Positions 61,360 to 64,000 of a stretch of 64,000 bases of DNA are shown one piece after another. The notes beneath the pieces are model-generated. The model was not told the origin of the DNA, did no database searches, and saw only the letters and a program-made list of their open reading frames with translations. The translations under genes were made by a program, and so were the position numbers. Source of the stretch: Fistulifera solaris (taxonomy: Eukaryota); contig AP026136.1 in assembly GCA_030295235.1 (NCBI GenBank), forward strand, positions 868,001 through 932,000, given 5' to 3'. Position 1 is the first letter of the stretch, and each line of letters opens with the position of its first letter.

Positions 61360-63427
61360 ATGAGACTACGTGACTTTGAGGAATTCGACGAAAACATTTT
61401 GCTAGACAAGCCGCACTATGATAATGATGAAAACTCGTCGCATTCTTCCAGGAAAGTCGAGATGGCCATGAACTTTGATGATCAGGTTACAAAACATGCC
61501 GACGTGTCCCTCCTCATTGATGTCTCGTCCAATGACAAAATCCAAATAAAAACTGATACTATAGACCCGTTTGCAATCAGACAGGGCAGTACCCTTTCGT
61601 GGGAAAATATGAGTATGACCGTGGTAAGTGCTATCGCTCATACGCAATTCGATTTTCTCGTCCTTTTCCCACCCCCAGTCGCAGAATGCATCGGGAAGGA
61701 AAGTTCTTGATAATTGCTCAGGCAAGGTTCCGAAGCGGCACATGACTGCTTTAATGGGAATGTCAGGGACCGGTAAGTCCTCCATATTGAACATATTGTC
61801 TGGCCGGCAACGATCGACACGGCATGTTGCAATTCAAGCACACGTCTTTCTTGATGACTACAAAATAGATCCGACCAACATGATGGTTCGCCGTTCTATT
61901 GCGTTTGTTGCACAGGACGACTCACTGTTGGCAACGTCAACACCACGTGAGGCAATCAGGTTTTCCGCCAAAATGCGACTTCCTCGAGGGACTATGTGTG
62001 AGGAACTAGATGAATTGACGGATCGCATGCTGGAAGAGCTGGGTTTGAATAGTTGTGCAGACTCTTTTGTGGGTGGTCCTCTAATCAAGGGCATTTCTGG
62101 AGGAGAGAGAAAGCGTACCAGCATTGGTATTGAGCTGGTGACAATGCCTTCAATCGTTTGTCTTGACGAACCCACCTCTGGGTTAGACGCGTTCTCTGCA
62201 CTTCAATGTTGCGAAGTATTGAGAAAAGTTGCCAACGCCGGAGCTAGTGTTTTGTTCACCATTCATCAGCCTTCTTCCGAAATATTTGAAAGCTTGGATC
62301 ATCTTATTTTAATGAACGGTGGACGCGTAATGTATCAGGGCTCGGTGAAGAACGTTTCACCGTTCTTTGGCGCCCGAGGTCACCCAGTTCCGAAAAATTA
62401 TAACCCAGCGGATTGGCTTATCGTAAGTTGCTTGCTTGCATTCAATTTGCAATTTAATGTGTATTGTCTCACAGTTGATGTGCAGGATGTTGCTCAAGGT
62501 GTATCCATGGAGGAGTTGAGCGAAGCTGGGTACTTCAATTCTGAGCAAAGAGTTAGAAGCTACAGAAAGTCCGTTTGTTGTCTTAAAGATAACGATTCAA
62601 TAAGTCTTTGTGAAGAAGTAGTAAATCTCTTTCGAAGAGAGCTGCTGAACCTAAGACGTGATTGGACGGCGCCTTTTAACAGAGTGTTTGTGATGGGAGC
62701 CTTGTCACTCTTCATCGGGATGATCTTCCTTGACGTTGGGAATGGAGACAAGCTCGATCCTTTCACCCTTCAAAGTCAGTTCGGTGCCATGATGATCGTG
62801 TTAATCACATGTATGATGAGTGCCGTGCAGTTGACAATGTTTGTTTACCCTGAACAACGACCGATATTCCTTCGCGAATATAGTACAAATCATTATTCAG
62901 CCTTTTCCTACCTCATGGCTCATCTAACCGCTGAAGCAATCTTAGTTGCCGTGAAAGTGTTCATTGTCGTCACACCTATCTACTTCATGGTTGGTTTATC
63001 GGGAAGTTATCTCATCTACATTCTGCTTACATTTACGCTATCAATGGCCATTACCGCGCAAGCGACTTGTGCGGCGTGTCTCGGTGGCGACAATGTGAAG
63101 CTGGTGACTCAGTTAACGCCTCTGATTTTTCAACCGCAGCTACTTTTCGCTGGCTTCTTCCTAAGCCCAGAGTTGATGCCAAACTGGATTCGTCCTATCC
63201 AGTTAGTTTGTACTATGACATATGCAACTCGAATATTGGTTGTGGAGGAGTTTCACGAGTGCAGCAGCGATGCCAGGGAGAGCAACGCTTGCCAAAAAAT
63301 GCTAGCGAGTACTAGGTCCGACCCGGATGACGTCTGGTGGAATTGGCTTATTTTAGCTGGTATTTTTGTTTTCTTCAGACTGTTGGCTATCTTCTTGCTG
63401 CAGCGATCAGCTAACGAATTTTACTAG
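61360..63427 (+). CDS. ABCG (White-family) half transporter, copy 2; two introns
   Basis: GMSGTGKS, ISGGERKRTS, LDEPTSGLD, TIHQP, NPADW; same intron positions as copy 1. Confidence 0.94.
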
Positions 63428-63455
63428 GCAGTTATACCTGAAAGACGAATTTACA

Positions 63456-64000
63456 TCATGAGTACTTGTGCCGTTTGCGTTCTGTTTCTGATGGTCCTCC
63501 TGATTGTCGTCTCATTGTAGCTACAACCCCAACTTTCAAGCCTTCATCTTGACTGGTTGAAAAGATACTTTTCTCCTTAATTTTCCTTTTCTTTTGAAAT
63601 GATTGCCAGGACTTCTGCTTCTTCTCCGACTCGATCTCCTTCATCTCTTGACGGTGTTTGCTTTTTAATGTTTTTATCGCTCGACGCTTACGATTTTTCT
63701 CAGCTTCTGTATCATTATCGCGCGGAATCAAATGATCGGGTATCTGAAACTCCTTGACTTTTTTCGAGGCCTTTATGGGTTCTGCTGGCTCACCTTCGGC
63801 TCGAGGGATTGGAAGAGCATGGGTGTCCTGTTCGCCGAGCTGTGTCCCAGATAGATCTGTTTGCCCAACAGAGGTCTCAACTGCGGCTTCTAAAGCCTTT
63901 TCAAGAATATCCGGCTCAAATTTTGTTGTCGATCTCTTTTCGCTCTCTAATGATTGTTTAGTAATAGAGAGAAGTTCTAAAAGGTCTGATTTCAGGGAGA
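63456..64000 (-). CDS. SPF30/SMNDC1-like splicing factor, 5'-truncated by window edge
   Basis: Frame open from 63998: LKSDLLELLSIT ... FQIPDHL..DTE.EK.RKRR..K..K ... KQKSWQSF..KSIF..KVGV. Confidence 0.75.
   Translation of the reverse strand, partial: SLKSDLLELLSITKQSLESEKRSTTKFEPDILEKALEAAVETSVGQTDLSGTQLGEQDTHALPIPRAEGEPAEPIKASKKVKEFQIPDHLIPRDNDTEAEKNRKRRAIKTLKSKHRQEMKEIESEKKQKSWQSFQKKRKIKEKSIFSTSQDEGLKVGVVATMRRQSGGPSETERKRHKYS

Overview
Gene-dense eukaryotic nuclear DNA, most likely from a pennate diatom (inferred from short GT-AG introns with CTRAC/CTAAT-type branch sites, many signal-peptide + 'ASAF/AAF/AGAF' bipartite plastid-targeting N-termini, and tiny intergenic gaps). About 34 protein-coding genes; no rRNA, tRNA, CRISPR or intact transposon recognised. 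Recognisable genes: FCP1, ZIP7-like transporter, fused TrpE(G), xylulokinase-like FGGY kinase, NDPK, Hip/ST13, a mitochondrial carrier, organellar IleRS, PP1, a TKL kinase, DeSI, GT4, PRMT1, MSH1, mRNA capping enzyme, pICln, two tandem ABCG transporters and SPF30. Many ORFs, essential ones included, are split by 1-nt indels mostly in homopolymers, which points to unpolished long-read errors rather than pseudogenes. Most unusual signals: (1) a His-rich protein that shares an N-terminal helical domain with its convergent neighbour Hip/ST13; (2) MSH1 carrying a DNA Pol I thumb-like N-terminal segment; (3) a secreted Cys-rich protein with the full ceramidase/CREST Zn motif set; (4) SAP-like repeats on anthranilate synthase; (5) a P-loop-less F1-alpha paralogue; (6) a Cet1-type triphosphatase fused to guanylyltransferase; (7) a 34-bp dyad-containing tandem array in a divergent promoter; (8) a 51-aa three-exon microprotein absent from the ORF track; (9) a Tudor-less SPF30. 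All family calls are by-eye motif recognition; no searches were run.
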